64,000 bases of DNA from Halocafeteria seosinensis (lineage: Eukaryota): contig LVLI01000268.1 of NCBI GenBank assembly GCA_001687465.1, positions 1-64,000 on the forward strand. The letters run 5' to 3'. Made by a program: the position numbers and the translations under genes. Numbering within the stretch: the stretch's first letter is position 1; each line of letters begins with the position of its first letter. The notes below the pieces were generated by a model that saw only the letters and a list, made by a program, of their open reading frames with translations, ran no database searches and was not told where the DNA came from. This document shows, in pieces, positions 60,707 through 64,000 of this stretch.

Positions 60707-61994
60707 ATGGCCTCCGGAGGAGGTCATCATGCCCAAGTCCATGTGGCTGAGCGTAACCCAGAGATACAAGTGCTCAGTCAGGAGGAAAATCGAATGCGCG
60801 TGCTGCTGTCCGGGACGGACACGTCCGTCGCGAATGCACTACGGCGTGTAATGATATCTGAGGTGCCTACTGTGGCGATACACTTGGTCACAGTCCAGGA
60901 AAATACGACGATTTTACACGATGAATTTGTTTCCCACCGCTTAGGACTGGTTCCATTCAGGTTTAAACGCAACCATTTCAGTGATGATATTATGGAATCG
61001 TTTGCATTATACTACGACGCTGACCCGGATGCGGTGAACCAGGCGAGCATCGATATCCCCTTGGCACTCAATGTATCAAACGATGGCTCCGAGGAGCGTA
61101 AATTAGTAACGAGCCAAGATCTTTACTTCCTCAACCCAGAAGTGAGTGTTTTGCTGGAGCTGGATGTCCTCATTGACATGACTATGTGGTGGTATATGTA
61201 TGCATTTCTACTGCAGCATGAAAACTTACTCGAAATTGCCCATTTTGCCAATACCGCCGAGGAGCAAATCCTCCATGATTCGGACGGAGGAATTGTGCTG
61301 TGCAAGTTGGGTCCTCGACAAAAACTCAAAGTAGAATGTATAGCTCAATTGGTAAGTAAAGCAAGGAGAAAAGAAAAGAGACAGAGCTTGTGTTATTTTT
61401 ATTGTTTGTTTGTGGATATACCTCTTTATATCAGGGGACGGGCAAGATACACTCGAAATTCAGTCCTGTGTGCACAGCATGTCTACAATATGAACCGGAT
61501 ATTCGGCTCAATCATGAACTATTAGAGCACTTGACAGCTGAAGAAAAGAGTCGTTTTGTAAACGACTGCCAACCAGAGGTCTTTGAATACCGTCCCGACA
61601 CAGAACAGGTGAGTAACACATCATTGTGGCTAGGCGAGCAACGTGCGCAACATTCAGAGTACAATTGCAGGTAGTGGTTGCGGATGCACTCGCCGCCAAT
61701 AACATCGATGAAATCCAGAAAACAGGGATGAAGCTCTCCCGTGCCAAAGGGTTTTCTGAGAATATCGTTACAATCAATATCGTTCCAGACAAATTCTACC
61801 TGGAGATCGAAACAACCGGCGCGTTAACACCGGCTCAAGTTCTGTTAAGCGCCCTCCGCATTTTGCAGAGCAAGATGAAAAACATACAAACTTGGACAGA
61901 AGAGAGCCGGAAGGGGGCGGGGCAAGACATTGGACTGCAACGCTCCCCAGACTCAATGCAGTCCCCTGAAGAGCGAGATACACAAATGTACTAA
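60707..61994 (+). CDS. RPB3: RNA polymerase II subunit RPB3 (alpha-like), multi-exon
   Basis: ANALRRVMISEVPT..LHDEFVSHRLGLVP, GKIHSKFSP..YEPDI, FYLEIETTGAL. The HDEF motif and short N-terminus favour RPB3 over RPC40. Confidence 0.8.
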
Positions 61995-62072
61995 CTAAAT
62001 AAATGCAACAAGAGGCCTAAAATTTCCACGGTAGTCGTCTTATTTCTATTAGCTTTATAATAACGACATCTT

Positions 62073-64000
62073 TTATTGCCTCTTGGATCTTTTCTGTTTC
62101 TTGTCTTTCGACCGACCTGTTTCTCCTTCATATTCAAACTCTTCTGAGTTGTCTGGTTTCCTCTTTGGACGGCGAGAACGCGTTGCAGCCAATGTTTTCT
62201 TCGAGTTTTGTGAGCCTTTTGCCGACTTTGAAGAACTTTGCTCTTCTTTGTCTGAGTCATCATCAGTATCGGAGGACTGCTGCTCAATAAACGCCTTCGC
62301 GGCCTCAATATCTGGTTCATCTGGTAAGGGAACATTTGCCGCTTCAGCTGCCTTATGTAGCGTGTTCTCTGCTAAATCCTGGAATTCGTTGGCAAATGTT
62401 TGATACTCTTCATCCTGCAATACCGTACTTTAACATTAGCCAACACTTGCTAAAGAAGTTGTGTACGATGCATCCTCACCTCGCTATTGAACTCTCGGCA
62501 ATTCTCACACATCAGTACCACCAGATTTCGCAACATTGAGATATCTTGCAAGCGGCCATGCTGAAAAAAACAATAAAACAAAAGATGACAATTTAGGTGG
62601 AACATGCAAAGCGTAGATCCACTTACCCTGATGTGTTTCTTGAGAGTACCCAAGTCGATAGGGTGCGTGATAACTTCAGAGTAGCCCGGAGCATCAGAAT
62701 CCTTTACAGGCCGCTTGAAAATTTCGGCTACGTTATTCTTCAGGAGAGCATCCATAGCATCGATTAATAGATCCTTCATTGGATTACCTGTACTCTCTCC
62801 AATACCCCTTGTACGCAGTTGAAATGTAGGGCCACTCCGTCTCCCTCTTCCGCGGGACCGCAAGGCGCTTGCACTTGAGGAATTTGCGGTAGCTGACGTG
62901 TCCACCGATGAATTGTCTCCACCGTCGGACTCGTCGTCACTATCTTTGTTTCTGTTCTTCTTCTGGCGCTGTTCCCTTTTGCGCCTACTAGACGTCGTAT
63001 TTCGAGGGCTGTGGCTATGTGCCTTCTGACCCGTTGGTTTCGGAGTTCCTTCCCCCGTTTCTTCCTCATCTTTTGGTGACTGCTCTTCATTTGCACTTTG
63101 TCCTGTCGAGACTTCTTGCTTCGATCGTGAGCTCGCGCTAGACTTGGAAGAAGAAGGGCCTTTCCCAGACTTCCCAAACGTTTTCTTCTTACTTTCAGAA
63201 GTATCGATATGCAATTCGCTATTTGAAACACGAGTGGAAGCAGCAGTTTCTGCAGATTGTGTCGATCGCTGGGTATCTTTAGCAATATTCTTATTGGTGT
63301 CTTCAGTTTCAACGTCTTCCCCATTGTTCTCCTCCTTATCCTCTTCGTCGCCTTCTTCGGATCCGCTAGAGTAGGATGACTTATCTGACTCGTCATCCGC
63401 TGTGGGTTCGTCTTCTTTATTGGGTTCGGATTGCTTACCAGCTGTTGGCGTACTTTGCTGCTGTTGCTGTTCTATGCTCTCTTGGGCTGCTTGCTCATCA
63501 CTCTTGCTTGTATCTGCGGCTGGTTCTACGGTTTTGCGTCCAACGGGTTCGTCCTCTTGTTGTTCCATTTCTCTATCATCTCCATTAGCTGTTTCAGTTT
63601 CTTTATCTTTGCTGTTAGCTGTCTCAGTTGCTGAGGCTGCCGGTTGCTCTTCTTCCGGAGGAACGTCAGATTTTTTCGTCGTTTGGGTTTTCGCACCGCT
63701 TCCATTCTGATTGTGATCGGGTTCATTTTCTATCTGTGTTTCCGTGGCAACTTGTTCCGATGGCTCTTCATGCTTCGTCACAGTTGATTCACGTAATTGT
63801 GTGATGATGTCTTGAAGACCTGGTACATGGTTAAACAGATCGTTGAATCTATCAGGCCACGTTAGCTCCTCTTCCGAAGACGAGGATAAGTGGCTGCATT
63901 CGATGCCAAAGAAAGATTAGTCTGTGTCCTCATTTGCACCAGAACAGCACGTAAATACTTACTCCACCGCCTCTTCAGCAAGTCGTAGTAATCGCTGGGC
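62073..64000 (-). CDS. Bromodomain protein with long acidic disordered region; 5' partial
   Basis: AEIFKRPVKDSDAPGYSEVITHPIDLGTLKKHI...LMCENCREFN bromodomain; the gene continues beyond the window. Confidence 0.8.

Overview
Gene-dense eukaryotic nuclear DNA with short (mostly 60-80 nt) GT-AG introns and very tight gene spacing. The content fits a flagellated protist (WDR92, CSPP1-like). A stramenopile, possibly bicosoecid-like, is my low-certainty inference. About 24 protein genes are visible: a TSET TTRAY/TWD40-like WD40 protein (partial), TRAPPC1, AFG1L, REV7, a CSPP1-like protein, a heparan-sulfate-type sulfotransferase, ARP6, a RAP-like protein, OGT, a GLUG-repeat surface protein, a TPR protein, a beta-hydroxyacid dehydrogenase, STT3, SMARCA2/4, WDR92, RPS3, a PAS protein, RPL13, RPS16, NF-YB, a DH-domain protein, an eIF4G-like protein, SEC62, RPB3 and a partial bromodomain protein. 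An accessory block at about 25-31 kb holds a non-autonomous hAT element with TIRs and an 8-bp TSD, a CRE-like retrotransposon 3' fragment (second copy at 42.8-43.1 kb), and transposon excision footprints readable by comparing those two copies. The most novel-looking items are a highly structured RNA in RPS16 intron 2, an STT3 with a C-terminal WSC-like domain, a ~20-nt motif near three ribosomal protein genes, and an RPB3 lacking its zinc loop. All translations, alignments and folds were done by eye; no searches were run.
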